From Candidatus Latescibacterota bacterium (GTDB lineage Bacteria > Latescibacterota > UBA2968 > GCA-2709665): a stretch of 64,000 bases of DNA. Each line of letters begins with the position of its first letter. The first letter of the stretch is position 1. The position numbers were made by a program, and so were the translations under genes. This document shows, piece after piece, positions 20,279-30,811 of this stretch. The notes beneath the pieces are model-generated. The model was not told where the DNA came from, ran no database searches, and was given only the letters and a program-made list of their open reading frames with translations. Where the stretch lies: contig OZ244744.1 in assembly GCA_965219455.1 (NCBI GenBank), positions 1,088,001 to 1,152,000 on the forward strand, written 5' to 3'.

Positions 20279-21370
20279 CTATGCGGATATCGGCCTGCGC
20301 TCCATAAACGACCTTGTGATGTCGATAATCAACCTGATATCCTCCCGCGCTTCGGACGCAGGCGTCCGGCAGGCGTCCTGCCCGACAATACATGAATGAA
20401 AGTGGCGCAGTTCGCGCACAAACGGGCTTTCCCACGCCACCGCCGGCCGACGGGTGGACGTCTCGCCCCGGACGTTCATTTCATACACAACAACCGTGGA
20501 CAGAATCCCCCTCGCGAAACCCGTCGGATAGGAAACCAGCACGCGCCGGTCGCCGCCGTACACTTCCAGCGTCTCCTTGAAGTCCCAGAGTTCCGGCAGG
20601 TCGACCCAGGACGCGACGCAACGTGCGCCGTTGCTGTACGACAGCACCGTCGAAATCGCCCGCCCTTCGTTCCACACCTCCGTGCTGATCACCGACTCCG
20701 GCATCCCCAGCATCACACGAAGACAGTACAAATCGTGGATCATGCTTCCCGAAAGCGTGAAGAATGCCCGAACCGCGTCTCCCGGCGCCTCACCGATCGC
20801 CTCAAGTACCGCCGCGGCCCTGGCTGCGTGCGTCTCCGCGACCTGTGCCGCCGGCAAATCGTCAAACCGCATGAGCCTGTATTGGCGCAGATGCAGCCGG
20901 TTGTCCGGGTGCAGATGATTCACCTGAACGAATCGAATATCCGACATCCCGTCCACCTCGGCTTTAGCGGTCTCGAACGCCGGATCGTACACTTTCATAT
21001 ACCCGGCCTGCGCGACCACGCCAGCCCGCTCGGCGGCCTGTGCGATCGTGTCCGCCTCTCTTAGGGAAAAACAGACCGGCTTTTCAATCAACACATGTTT
21101 GCCCGCGTCCATCGCGGCGACGGCCGCTTCGGTCTTCGGGTCTGAATGGCACAGGAGCACCGCCTCCACGTCGTCCGACCTGACAAGCCTGCGGAAATCC
21201 GTCACCGACGCCGGAACATGGAATGACTTCGCCGCCCAGTCAGCCAATCCGGGCGACAGATCGCATACGGTCGTGACCTCGAACTCCTCCCTCAACCCTG
21301 CCAGATTCGGCAGGTGCTGCACCTGCGCGATTGCGCCGCATCCCACCACCCCCAGCTTGACGGGTGCCAT
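20279..21370 (-). CDS. Gfo/Idh/MocA-family oxidoreductase
   Basis: GVVGCGAIA, GKHVLIEKP, MIHDL. Confidence 0.9.
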   Translation of the reverse strand: MAPVKLGVVGCGAIAQVQHLPNLAGLREEFEVTTVCDLSPGLADWAAKSFHVPASVTDFRRLVRSDDVEAVLLCHSDPKTEAAVAAMDAGKHVLIEKPVCFSLREADTIAQAAERAGVVAQAGYMKVYDPAFETAKAEVDGMSDIRFVQVNHLHPDNRLHLRQYRLMRFDDLPAAQVAETHAARAAAVLEAIGEAPGDAVRAFFTLSGSMIHDLYCLRVMLGMPESVISTEVWNEGRAISTVLSYSNGARCVASWVDLPELWDFKETLEVYGGDRRVLVSYPTGFARGILSTVVVYEMNVRGETSTRRPAVAWESPFVRELRHFHSCIVGQDACRTPASEAREDIRLIIDITRSFMERRPISA

Positions 21371-21441
21371 CTGATTCCTCTGTCTACGTGTTCTGGTTCG
21401 GGAGCCCGAAAGAGATCACGGCGAATCCAAATCACCGGTTC

Positions 21442-22074
21442 CTAAGCGGCCGGCATCCGTTCGATACGATCCGCCAGCGCGTTCCATCCGTCCGCGAGAT
21501 CGTACGCCTGTCTGAACACCTTGTATAGGGACCGCCACACCGCCTCCCTCGCTTCGACGGCGGCGTCCTTCCTGTCACCCTGAAGGCGATCCGCCGCGTC
21601 CTCCTGCACCCTCACCAGGGCCGCCGCGTCCTGCGCCAGGACACGAGCCCTCTCCAGGTTCCAGTTGACCAGCTCCCCGATCGACTGCGTGTCGTCCGGC
21701 TCCACGTCGTACGAACTCGAAGGCGCAAAGCGGGTCGGCATCCGCTCGCCACCCGCAGTCCTCCCGGTATGCGTGGGCTGGATGTGCGGGGTGACGGAAA
21801 GGTACATCGTCATCGGCTCATCCCCCACGGTCCGCACGGAGTGGATCTCATCCGCGAGAGCCACGCACAACTGCCCCGGGCCCACCTCCCGGGTTCCGCC
21901 GTTTATCCTGAATTCCGCCCGACCGGCCAGCACAAGAAAGATCTCGTGGCCCAGATCGTGGCTGTGCAACGACGCGGACTCGCCGGGCTGCATGCGCACG
22001 AACCGCGACCGGGTCTGGGGCGTGACGAGCATGTTGCACACATCCGTCCGATAATCATACACCTGAAAACTCAT
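21442..22074 (-). CDS. Cupin-domain protein with helical C-terminus
   Basis: LHSH...EIFLVLAG...EIHSV cupin motif. Confidence 0.8.
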   Translation of the reverse strand: MSFQVYDYRTDVCNMLVTPQTRSRFVRMQPGESASLHSHDLGHEIFLVLAGRAEFRINGGTREVGPGQLCVALADEIHSVRTVGDEPMTMYLSVTPHIQPTHTGRTAGGERMPTRFAPSSSYDVEPDDTQSIGELVNWNLERARVLAQDAAALVRVQEDAADRLQGDRKDAAVEAREAVWRSLYKVFRQAYDLADGWNALADRIERMPAA

Positions 22075-22098
22075 AGGATCCTCCTTGTCGACCCGGGT

Positions 22099-22386
22099 TT
22101 ATCCCACCGCTCGAAGTTTTCGGATTTCCTTGTCGGGTCGACTTTTGGCCAAGTCATGATTTCGTTGTAGATTTAACCATAACTCCGGCGTTGTTCCCAG
22201 AGCTTGAGCAAACAGCCAGGCGGTATTCGGGGTTACGCCTCTTTTGCCACGAATAATCTCGTTGACCCTCTGGAGCGGTACTTCGATATGCCTGGCGAAC
22301 GCCACCTGTGTTATTTCCAGGGGCTTTAGGAATTCTTCCAGAAGAACTTCCCCCGGATGGGTCGGAATTCGGTTTTCCGGCAGCAT
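22099..22386 (-). CDS. higA: HigA antitoxin (XRE HTH)
   Basis: HPGEVLLEEFL, NEIIRGKRGVT, WLNLQ. Confidence 0.93.
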   Translation of the reverse strand: MLPENRIPTHPGEVLLEEFLKPLEITQVAFARHIEVPLQRVNEIIRGKRGVTPNTAWLFAQALGTTPELWLNLQRNHDLAKSRPDKEIRKLRAVG

Positions 22387-22402
22387 TTTGCCTCCAGATT
22401 AA

Positions 22403-22693
22403 TTAGTGATAGTCAGTCAGCGATACCTGATTGGCGGAATTCTCAGACCATCGAAAGATTATTCGCCACTGATCATTGACACGGATCCCATGAAATCCCC
22501 GAAGACCACCCTTCAGAGCTTCCAAATGATTGCCAGGAGGAACCCTCAAGTCTTGCAGGCGATGTGCAGTTGCAAGAACATCCAATTTACGCAAAGCAAT
22601 ACGTGCTACATGCGGGGGAAAGCTGCGGACGCGTCTCGTTTTTCTGTTGTGGTACAAATCCTCAGTTGCGGAGTCTCCAAATGACTCGATCAT
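22403..22693 (-). CDS. higB: HigB (RelE/ParE-family) toxin
   Basis: MIESF, DLRVPPGN.LEAL, IRVNDQWRIIF, terminal DYH; upstream of the antitoxin. Confidence 0.93.
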   Translation of the reverse strand: MIESFGDSATEDLYHNRKTRRVRSFPPHVARIALRKLDVLATAHRLQDLRVPPGNHLEALKGGLRGFHGIRVNDQWRIIFRWSENSANQVSLTDYH

Positions 22694-22719
22694 GAATTCT
22701 TCTTGCTTTCATTTTAATG

Positions 22720-22767
22720 ATTTCACGGTAATCGTGTAAATATAGCCAGTTCCGCTTGACACATCAA
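22720..22767 (-). promoter_or_regulatory. Putative higBA promoter with adjacent operator palindrome
   Basis: Minus strand TTGATG-17 nt-TATATT, followed by the imperfect inverted repeat TTTACACG-ATTAC-CGTGAAA. Confidence 0.5.
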
Positions 22768-22873
22768 TACAAAATTCGTGCCAGTTTGCGTTTTTTAATT
22801 GAGGTGGACGAAACACCGGATGGCTTTGTCTGAGTTGCTCTCTAACCCGATGCTTGTCCGTTTTCGCACGGAC

Positions 22874-23893
22874 TTACCTGCATCTCTCCCCACCGATGGT
22901 CCCGTCTTCCAGCATTGTCAACAGGGCCGAATCCTCCACGTCCAGGGGCAGGCCCACCCTCCCCCGGCGCCGGCTGGATTCATAGGTAGCAAAAATCAGT
23001 TCCGTCGCCTGCAATGCCTTCTGGCCGCTCAACACCGGTTCGCGCCCCGTCTTGACGCAATCCACAAGATCCAGCACCGAGAGCACGCTTGGATTTACCT
23101 GGGGCCCCGGCAGGTCCGGGACCTCCCAGCCGGAGCCGGAGCGCATGATCCGGATCGGGGGCTTGTCACGCCCGCCGCCCACTTCGATAATTCCCTCCGT
23201 CCCAATCAGCCGGTTCGACACGCCGTGCAGTTCGGCGTCACCGGTTGTCAGCAACCCCTCCAGGCCGTTCCGCCAGCGAATCCAGGACAACCCGCCTGCC
23301 TCCACTTCCACGCCGAATATTTCCCGTTTTTCCGACGCGTCGATCTGCCCGAGCACCCACTCCGCGGGTTCGTCGTTATTGTAAAAGAAAAACATGTCGA
23401 ACCAGTGCGTTCCCCAATCGAGCAAATTGGGACACGCCCCCTCCACCCGGAAAAGCTTCCCGATCGAGCCGTCATTCGCAAGCGCCTTCGCCTTAATGAA
23501 AGGCGCCTCGAAGCGCCGCTGGTGGCAGAACGTAATGACGACGTCGCGGTCGACGCACGCCTGGTACATCGCTTTTGCATCGCCCCACGTGGGGGCCATC
23601 GGTTTCTCCGAGTGGATGGCCCGCGCGCCGCTCCCGGCCGCCGCCGTGACCATTTCCCGATGCATTCCGATCCAGGTACATACGCTGACGAAATCGAGAT
23701 CCTCCCGTACCAGCATCTGCCGGTAGTCATCATAGGACCGTACAACGTCGAACTGCTCCGCCAGGTTCTGTCTGGCCCCTTCCATCGGATCCGCGCACGC
23801 CACGATTTCAACCTCGGGCGACGCGGCATAACCCTGCGCGTGCGCGCGCCCCCTGCCTCCGCAGCCGATGATACCCGCCTTGAACCTCGCCAT
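22874..23893 (-). CDS. Gfo/Idh/MocA-family oxidoreductase
   Basis: GIIGCGGRG, SEKPM, DWGTHWFD. Confidence 0.9.
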   Translation of the reverse strand: MARFKAGIIGCGGRGRAHAQGYAASPEVEIVACADPMEGARQNLAEQFDVVRSYDDYRQMLVREDLDFVSVCTWIGMHREMVTAAAGSGARAIHSEKPMAPTWGDAKAMYQACVDRDVVITFCHQRRFEAPFIKAKALANDGSIGKLFRVEGACPNLLDWGTHWFDMFFFYNNDEPAEWVLGQIDASEKREIFGVEVEAGGLSWIRWRNGLEGLLTTGDAELHGVSNRLIGTEGIIEVGGGRDKPPIRIMRSGSGWEVPDLPGPQVNPSVLSVLDLVDCVKTGREPVLSGQKALQATELIFATYESSRRRGRVGLPLDVEDSALLTMLEDGTIGGERCR

Positions 23894-24078
23894 AGACCCT
23901 TCGGCCCTCCTGTTCCGATTCAGCCTGCGATATCCGTTCCGGAATCTTCAACAAACCAGGAACCGGGGTATAACCCCGCGACGTTTCGCTCTCATTCCCC
24001 TCCTGATATCGAACAACGCCGCGTCATTCGACACGGCGTGCTCGGCGATACTGAACTCATCTGGGGCAATCCGTCCAT

Positions 24079-24576
24079 TTATGCGGCAGCCCGTTTCCTA
24101 CCATTTTTTCCAGCCATTCGCTTCGCGGCCTCCTGCACGGCCTCCACGATTTTCGTATACCCCGTGCACCGGCAGAGATTGCCGGCCAGCGCCCGCCGGA
24201 TCTCCTCCTCAGTCGGCGCCGCGGTCTTCTGCAGAAGCCCATAGGACGAGACAATGAACCCTGGCGTACAAAAACCACACTGCAGCCCTCCCAAGCCCAC
24301 CATGGCCTCCTGAACCGGATGCAGAGCGTCAACGTCCGCGATGCCTTCCACCGTTGTAATTTCCCGGCCGGAGGCAGCGACAGCCAGCACCAGGCAGGAC
24401 GTCACGGGCTCACCGTCGAGCAGTACCGTACAGGCGCCGCAGTCGCCCGTTGAACATCCCTCCTTGGTGCCGGTCAGCCCCAGGCGATCCCTCAGCACGG
24501 CCAGCAGCGTCTTGCGCGGCTCCACGGACAATTCATTCAAGGTTCCGTTTACGTTCAACCCGATCTCGTGGTTCAT
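24079..24576 (-). CDS. Xanthine dehydrogenase family (2Fe-2S) small subunit (CoxS-like)
   Basis: GC..GDCGACTV, QCGFCTPG, GNLCRCTGY. Confidence 0.93.
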   Translation of the reverse strand: MNHEIGLNVNGTLNELSVEPRKTLLAVLRDRLGLTGTKEGCSTGDCGACTVLLDGEPVTSCLVLAVAASGREITTVEGIADVDALHPVQEAMVGLGGLQCGFCTPGFIVSSYGLLQKTAAPTEEEIRRALAGNLCRCTGYTKIVEAVQEAAKRMAGKNGRKRAAA

Positions 24577-25469
24577 GCCGCCCTCCTTTTCGATCCCGAC
24601 CGGTGCTGCGTATTCCCGAACGCCGCCGCAACCATCCGCCCGGTCAGTACCCGCACCATCTCCCGTCTGAACTCTGCCGAGCCCCGAACGTCGCTGATCG
24701 GTCTCGCCTCCGCCGCCGCCACGCCCGCCGCCTCCGCGATGACTTCGTCCGTAAGCCGCTGCCCCCTCAGTACGCGTTCCGCGGCCCTTGCTCGCAGGGG
24801 CGTCGGCGCTACGGCGCCCAGCACGATGTGCGCGTCCTGGCAGACGTGAGTACGCAGCGCCAGCGTAACCGCGGCGCCCACGCCCACCATCGCGATATCC
24901 ATCGCGCCCCGGGGCGTATGCCGGGCATAGGCCGATCCGGTTCTCGGGGACGGCACGGGCGCTTGAATGGCGATGACGAACTCGCCGGATTTAAGCGTGG
25001 TCCGACCGGGGCCGGTCATAAAATTCTCCACCAGCATTGACCGCTGTCCGTTCGGACCAGCGATCTTTACCCTGGCGCCGTGGACGATCAATCCCGGCGC
25101 GGTATCCGCGGAGGGGGCCGCATTGCAGATATTGCCCACGATTGTAGCGAGGTTCCGGATCTGGAAGGAGCCCACCACCCGGGCGCCCTCGGCAAGACCC
25201 GTGTAATCCATCTGCGCGGCCGGCATGAGTTCAACCTGGCGCATGGTCACGGCCGCCCCGATCGTGAGTCCGGTTTCCCTGTCGAAGCGCAGTTCATTTG
25301 CACCGGGAATACGCCGGACGTCCACCAGTGTATCGGGGGTTCGCGCCCGTTCCTTCATCTGCACAAGCAGGTCGGTGCCTCCGGCCAGCACCTTCGCCTG
25401 AGGATAGGCCTGCAGCACCTCCGCCGTTTCCCGAACGGTTCCAGGCGCGAAATATTCGAATCGATTCAC
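24573..25469 (-). CDS. Xanthine dehydrogenase family FAD-binding subunit (CoxM-like)
   Basis: AGGTDL, QIRNLATIVGN, PISDVRGSAEFR. Confidence 0.93.
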   Translation of the reverse strand: MNRFEYFAPGTVRETAEVLQAYPQAKVLAGGTDLLVQMKERARTPDTLVDVRRIPGANELRFDRETGLTIGAAVTMRQVELMPAAQMDYTGLAEGARVVGSFQIRNLATIVGNICNAAPSADTAPGLIVHGARVKIAGPNGQRSMLVENFMTGPGRTTLKSGEFVIAIQAPVPSPRTGSAYARHTPRGAMDIAMVGVGAAVTLALRTHVCQDAHIVLGAVAPTPLRARAAERVLRGQRLTDEVIAEAAGVAAAEARPISDVRGSAEFRREMVRVLTGRMVAAAFGNTQHRSGSKRRAA

Positions 25470-25490
25470 AACCTCGACCTCCCTTGCTAA

Positions 25491-27677
25491 TCAATTGTCC
25501 ATTGCCGATAGTGCCGCTACGACCCGCTCCGGGGTCATGGGCAGTTCCCTGACCCTTGCACCCACCGCGTCGTAGATCGCGTTGGCAACCGCAGCGCCCC
25601 CTGGAATGATTGGCGGCTCCCCCACGCCCTTACCCCCGTATGGCCCGTGCTCGCAGGGATCCTCGACCATAACGGTCTTGATATTCGGCACGTCCAGCGC
25701 CGTCGGGATCGCGTAATCCAGCAGGTTGGGATTCAGCATCCTGCCCTGATCGTCATACCGGTAGCCCTCCATCAGGCCGAAACCGATCGACTGGATGGCG
25801 CCACCCTGCATCTGGCCTTCCACCAGCAGGGGATTGAGCGCCCTGCCCACGTCCTGTCCGGCCACCAGATCGATCAGCCGCACCTTCCCCGTGCCCCGAT
25901 CGACTTCCACCGTAGCGACGTTTACCGAATACGAGGGATAGGTGGGTACGCTGCTCAGCACACACCGACCGTTTACGGCGCCATTGGACTCGATCGCCAC
26001 GCCCGCCAACTCGCCGAGGCCGACGGCATGTTCCGGCGAACCGACGATCTGCACCCGTTCATCCGCGATGACCAGGTCGTCCACTGCGGCTTCCAGTTTT
26101 TCCGCGGCCATACGCAACAACTGCTCTCTTGCCTCGCGGGCGGCCTCGCGCGCGGCCGTTCCAGCCGAATAAGCCGCCTTGCTACCCGCGCTCAACGACG
26201 CGTAGGGCACCGTGTCCGTATCCCCGAGCCGAACCGTCACCTTCTCGACCGGCACGCCCAGTTCCTCGGCCACGACCTGCGCCATCACCGTATGCAGTCC
26301 CGTGATGTCCACCTGGCCGGTCACCACGGCCACGGATCCGTCAGCGGACATTGTCACGAACGCGTTGGTCGGACCGGACGCGTTGTGCCAATCCCCCACG
26401 GCGATTCCCATACCCTGGTTGGGTTTCAGTTCGCGGCGGCCCCATCCCGCGGCTTCGGCGGACTTTCGGATGGTGTCTTTCAGCCAGTCGTGCTGTATCA
26501 GTGGCTGATCGCCTTTGCCCAACCCGTTTTTCAAACGGATCTCCACCGGGTCGATTTCCAGCTTCCGGGCCAGCATGTCCAGGTTGGATTCCCTGGCAAG
26601 CGCCGTTTGCGGGCCACCGGGGGCCCGGTACGCGCCCGGCCCCGGCTTGTTGGTGCGCACGGCCATACCTTCCAGCCTGACATTCGGAATCTTGTAGGGC
26701 CCCAGCAGCCGGTTCGCCGCCCCGCCGCTGCCCAGAAAACCGCCGTCCCACACGATTCGCCCTTCAACGGCCGTCAGGGTCCCGTCTTTTCGCGCACCCG
26801 TCTTCAACCGTACCCAGCATCCCGGCCCCGGGCGGCTGTCGCGAAAATCCTCCCCGCGGTTGATCGTCACCTTCACCGGTCGGCCCGTGCGCATCGCCAG
26901 CAGGGCCGTATGCGCTTCAATATTCAGGCGATTCTTCCCGCCGAAACTGCCACCGGTTTCGGTCATAATCACGCGCACGCGCCCCTCGGGCAGGTTCAGC
27001 GCCTCCGCGAGGCCTTCCCTCTTGGTGAAACTGCCCTGCCCCGCCGCCCAGACAGTCAGCCGTCCATCCGCCTCCACGCGCGCCGTGGCCGCATTCGGTT
27101 CCATGTAGGTCTGATTGAAAAAAGGAACCTGATATTCCGCCTCGACAATCGCGTCCGCGTCCGCAAAGCCTCGCTCGACGTCCCCCTCCTCCAGCACATT
27201 GTAGGCCGTCACGTTCCGCAATCTGCGGCCGTCCGAATCCCTCACGTCCTCTGTGGGCGCCCCCAGGACGGCCTCCGGAGCATCCGGATCCATGGCGTCC
27301 ACAGGATCCACAACCGCGGGCAATACTTCATAGTCCACGTCGATCAACGCAAGGGCGTCGTCTGCGATATCCGGATCCACAGCCGCCACGGCCGCCACCT
27401 TCTGCCCCTGGTAACAGACCTCTTCGGATTCGAAAATCGACAGGTCCGGCACGTCCCGGCCGCACACCACGTCGACCACCCCGGGCAGCTTCTTGGCTCG
27501 GGAGGTATCGATCTTCCGAATGCGCGCGTGACCGTGCGGGCTGCGCAGGATGCGGCCGTATAACATGCCAGGAAGCTGGATATCGTCGGCATACTGAATC
27601 CGCCCCGTCACGATATCCGGCCCGTTCAGCCTGGCCACCCGTTTCCCTACGGATTTCAACTCGCCTGGCGCTTGCAT
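25491..27677 (-). CDS. Xanthine dehydrogenase family molybdopterin-binding subunit (CoxL-like)
   Basis: LRSPHGHARI, GGSFGGK, AYRAPG, AGS, EGQMQGG, KGVGEP. Confidence 0.93.
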   Translation of the reverse strand: MQAPGELKSVGKRVARLNGPDIVTGRIQYADDIQLPGMLYGRILRSPHGHARIRKIDTSRAKKLPGVVDVVCGRDVPDLSIFESEEVCYQGQKVAAVAAVDPDIADDALALIDVDYEVLPAVVDPVDAMDPDAPEAVLGAPTEDVRDSDGRRLRNVTAYNVLEEGDVERGFADADAIVEAEYQVPFFNQTYMEPNAATARVEADGRLTVWAAGQGSFTKREGLAEALNLPEGRVRVIMTETGGSFGGKNRLNIEAHTALLAMRTGRPVKVTINRGEDFRDSRPGPGCWVRLKTGARKDGTLTAVEGRIVWDGGFLGSGGAANRLLGPYKIPNVRLEGMAVRTNKPGPGAYRAPGGPQTALARESNLDMLARKLEIDPVEIRLKNGLGKGDQPLIQHDWLKDTIRKSAEAAGWGRRELKPNQGMGIAVGDWHNASGPTNAFVTMSADGSVAVVTGQVDITGLHTVMAQVVAEELGVPVEKVTVRLGDTDTVPYASLSAGSKAAYSAGTAAREAAREAREQLLRMAAEKLEAAVDDLVIADERVQIVGSPEHAVGLGELAGVAIESNGAVNGRCVLSSVPTYPSYSVNVATVEVDRGTGKVRLIDLVAGQDVGRALNPLLVEGQMQGGAIQSIGFGLMEGYRYDDQGRMLNPNLLDYAIPTALDVPNIKTVMVEDPCEHGPYGGKGVGEPPIIPGGAAVANAIYDAVGARVRELPMTPERVVAALSAMDN

Positions 27678-27859
27678 TTCCTGCCCTCCTCATTTTCGAT
27701 TGCGGCGCTGAAAATCGTCAAAAAACGTCTACAAAGTTAATTCCCGCAGGACAAAAGTCAATGAACAAACATCTGCCAGGGGAAAGGGCAAATGAAGTGT
27801 GACAAGATGCACGGTTGCGCTCCGGGCCTATGAGGTCATCTTACTTTCATCTTATTGTT

Positions 27860-28452
27860 TTTTATTTTTTTACGTCCTTTTTCTTTCTCGCCAAAGAAAA
27901 AGGACCAAAAAGAACGGCGCCGCTCAAACGCCGCGGGGCCCGGGGACAAACTTGAAGGGCCACAAGGCGGGCGGTTCGCGAACCGCCCCTACAATATCCG
28001 GGCATCCGCGAATTGATATCGCCAAGCCGTAACGCTAACCGGTCCTGGCTGAATACTGATTGCCAATTGCTGCTCGCATTCAAGGATCCAGGCAAATTTC
28101 GTACGCGCTGCCATTCCAGAGCGAGATCAAAGCAGAGCGCGCGGTTCCGTCCCGCACCGAGGATCATTGTTCTTTTGTCGCTGGCAGGGCAGATATTCCG
28201 GTGCGTCCCGTGAGGTAATTCGCGCTGTGCATATGGCAGGCCCCGCGCCCAGCGGCGACTTTTGGTTCCTTTTGGTCGCTTCAAAAGGAACTCGCCGAAG
28301 GCAGGGAATCTAGGGAGATGTGGATTTTGAATCTCGTTTTGGCCATTAGCTGACCGCTGACTGCTGTTGGTTGAATGACGCACGGTATCCGTAGGGGCGA
28401 CAGGCCAGTCGCCCCTACAAAATCCGGGCATCCGTGAATTGATATCGCCAAG
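27860..28452. repeat. Intergenic mosaic of REP-like palindromes and hairpins
   Basis: GGGCGGTTCGCGAACCGCCCCTAC (27969) and GTAGGGGCGAC..GTCGCCCCTAC (28391) share a ~35-nt tail. Hairpins TCCTTTTTCTTT/AAAGAAAAAGGA and GTTCCTTTTG/CAAAAGGAAC. Confidence 0.8.
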
Positions 28453-28485
28453 GTGTATCGAGGTCCGGTAGGCGCAGGGTCGTCT

Positions 28486-28513
28486 TCTACCGTCTACCGT
28501 CTACCGTCTACCG
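28486..28513 (+). repeat. Heptamer tandem repeat (TCTACCG)x4
   Basis: Read directly from the sequence, immediately after the glcB stop. Confidence 0.9.
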
Positions 28514-28515
28514 TC

Positions 28516-30687
28516 TCACCGTCCTTTCACTTGCCGCCGCCGCTGGTGCAGCACGCGTTCGGTATAGCCGTTCGGCTCGGCCGTACCCTCGAAAACCAGG
28601 TCCAGCGCGGCCTGAAAAGCGACGCTTCGCTCGAAGTCGGGCGCCATGTTCCGATAGTCCGGATCCCCGCTGTTCTGCCCGTCTACCATTCCGGCCATTT
28701 TCTCGAACGCCGCCCGCACCTGTGCTTCGCTCACGATCCCGTGACGCAGCCAGTTGGCAATATGCTGGCTGGAAATCCGCAATGTCGCCCGGTCTTCCAT
28801 CAATCCCACGTCGTTGATATCCGGCACCTTCGAGCAGCCCACGCCCTCGTCCACCCACCGCACCACGTAACCCAGAATACCCTGCGCATTGTTGATCAGT
28901 TCGCGCTGTATCTCGTCCGCCGTCAACTCCCGGTCCAGCAACGGCGGCGTCAGAATTTCGTCCAGGCTCGCCCGCTCCCGCCGGGCAAGTTCCGCCTGCC
29001 TGGCCGCCACGTCCACCCGATGATAGTGCATCGCGTGCAGAACCGCCGCCGTGGGGGACGGCACCCACGCCGTACTCGCCCCCGCCTGGGGGTGTCCGAT
29101 CTTGGTCTCCACCATTTCGCGCATCTCGTCCGGCATCGTCCACATCCCCTTCCCGATCTGCCCCCGTCCGCTGAAACCGGTCTCCACTCCCACGTCCACG
29201 TTCCAGTCCTCGTACGCCGCAAGCCAGGGCTGCGCCCTGATATCCGCCTTCGGAAACATCGGGCCGGCTTCCATGCTCGTGTGGATTTCGTCGCCGGTCC
29301 GGTCCAGAAAGCCGGTATTGATAAACACCACCCGCTCCCTCGCCTCGCGGATCGCCGCTTTCAGATTCACCGTGGTCCTTCGCTCTTCATCCATAATGCC
29401 GATCTTGACGGTATTTCGCTCCAGTCCGAGGGCCGCTTCCACGCGCTCGAACAGATCGATCGTGGCTGCGACCTCCTCGGAGCCATGCAGTTTGGGCTTC
29501 ACAATGTAAATGCTGCCCGTGCGGCTGTTGACGAATCTGCCCTGTCGCTTCAGATCGTGTTTGGCCGCGAGCACGGTAACCATCGCGTCCAGAAACCCCT
29601 CGGGAATCTCCTCCCCGCCGCTGGTGGTCACACAGTCCGTGTACATGTGGATACCCACGTTTCGCACCAGCAGGAGACTGCGTCCCGGCAGGTTCAGGGT
29701 CTCTCCTTCCGGCGCCGTAAACTCCAGGTCCGGATTCAGCCGCCGCGTCACGTCACGCCCGCCCTTCTCAAAGGTCGTCTCCAGCGTGCCCTTCATGATG
29801 CCGTTCCAATTTCCGTATACACTCGCCTTATCCTCGGCGTCGACGGCCGACACCGAGTCTTCGCAATCCTGAATCGTCGTCACCGCCGCCTCCAGCAACA
29901 CATCCTTAACACCGGCAGGATGGACGGCGCCCACCGGATGGTTCCGGTCGATCCGGATCTCGATATGAAGTCCGTTGTTCACCAGCAACACAGCCATGAG
30001 TTCGCCATCCTCCACGCGATATCCGCCCAACTGCCCGGGATTCGCCAGGCCGACCACCCCGCCCCCCTGTAACGTCGCAACGAGTCGCCTGACCCCGTCC
30101 ACGTCCTCCAGCGCAAAGCGCGTCACCTCCGAATATCGACCGGAGGTCAAGCCCGCCACGTCGTCCAGAAACGCCTCGGCCGCCGCAACCACCCTCGCCC
30201 CCCGGGCCGGGTTGTAGGCTTCCCCCTTCTCGGCGCCGGGTTCCTCGGGAATCACGTCCGTTCCGTAAAGGGCGTCGTAAAGACTGCCCCAACGCGCGTT
30301 GGCCGCGTTCAGCGCATACCGGGCATTGTCCACAGGCACCACCAGTTGGGGGCCGGCCACTGCCGCGATCTCCGGATCCACGTGGGCCGTGGTCACTTCA
30401 ATATGGTCCCCCTCAGGCGCCAGGTAGCCAATTTCCGTCAGGAACGCGCGGTAATCCTCCCGGTTGATGGACCGGCCCTTCCGCGCCCGGTACCACCGGT
30501 CCATCTTCTCCTGCATATCGTCCCGCTTTTCCAGCAATTCCCGATTCCCGGGACCCAGATCCCGGACGATCTCCCCCAGCGCCATCCAGAATGTATCCGG
30601 ATCCACCGCCGTACCCGGGGCAATCTCATCTTTGATCAGATTGTACAGAATCTCGTCCACCCTCAAGCCGCCAATCTCAACCGCCAT
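28516..30687 (-). CDS. glcB: Malate synthase G
   Basis: [64 protein letters not shown]. Confidence 0.97.
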   Translation of the reverse strand: MAVEIGGLRVDEILYNLIKDEIAPGTAVDPDTFWMALGEIVRDLGPGNRELLEKRDDMQEKMDRWYRARKGRSINREDYRAFLTEIGYLAPEGDHIEVTTAHVDPEIAAVAGPQLVVPVDNARYALNAANARWGSLYDALYGTDVIPEEPGAEKGEAYNPARGARVVAAAEAFLDDVAGLTSGRYSEVTRFALEDVDGVRRLVATLQGGGVVGLANPGQLGGYRVEDGELMAVLLVNNGLHIEIRIDRNHPVGAVHPAGVKDVLLEAAVTTIQDCEDSVSAVDAEDKASVYGNWNGIMKGTLETTFEKGGRDVTRRLNPDLEFTAPEGETLNLPGRSLLLVRNVGIHMYTDCVTTSGGEEIPEGFLDAMVTVLAAKHDLKRQGRFVNSRTGSIYIVKPKLHGSEEVAATIDLFERVEAALGLERNTVKIGIMDEERRTTVNLKAAIREARERVVFINTGFLDRTGDEIHTSMEAGPMFPKADIRAQPWLAAYEDWNVDVGVETGFSGRGQIGKGMWTMPDEMREMVETKIGHPQAGASTAWVPSPTAAVLHAMHYHRVDVAARQAELARRERASLDEILTPPLLDRELTADEIQRELINNAQGILGYVVRWVDEGVGCSKVPDINDVGLMEDRATLRISSQHIANWLRHGIVSEAQVRAAFEKMAGMVDGQNSGDPDYRNMAPDFERSVAFQAALDLVFEGTAEPNGYTERVLHQRRRQVKGR

Positions 30688-30811
30688 CGTTTCACTCCTT
30701 TTCTCATAGTATACGGGGTTCCGCCGTCAAGATAATCAGAACGAAAGGGCGGCACAACAGGAAGCCCCGCCCCGGCTTTCGGGTGAACCTCTTACGTTCC
30801 GCGCCGCCGGC

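Noticed and set aside
25491-27677. Aerobic CO dehydrogenase (form I CoxL)
   Set aside because: The active-site loop is AYRAPG, not AYxCSFR.
27799-28431. ORFs in the coxL-like/glcB intergenic region
   Set aside because: Composed of REP-like repeats; not protein-like.
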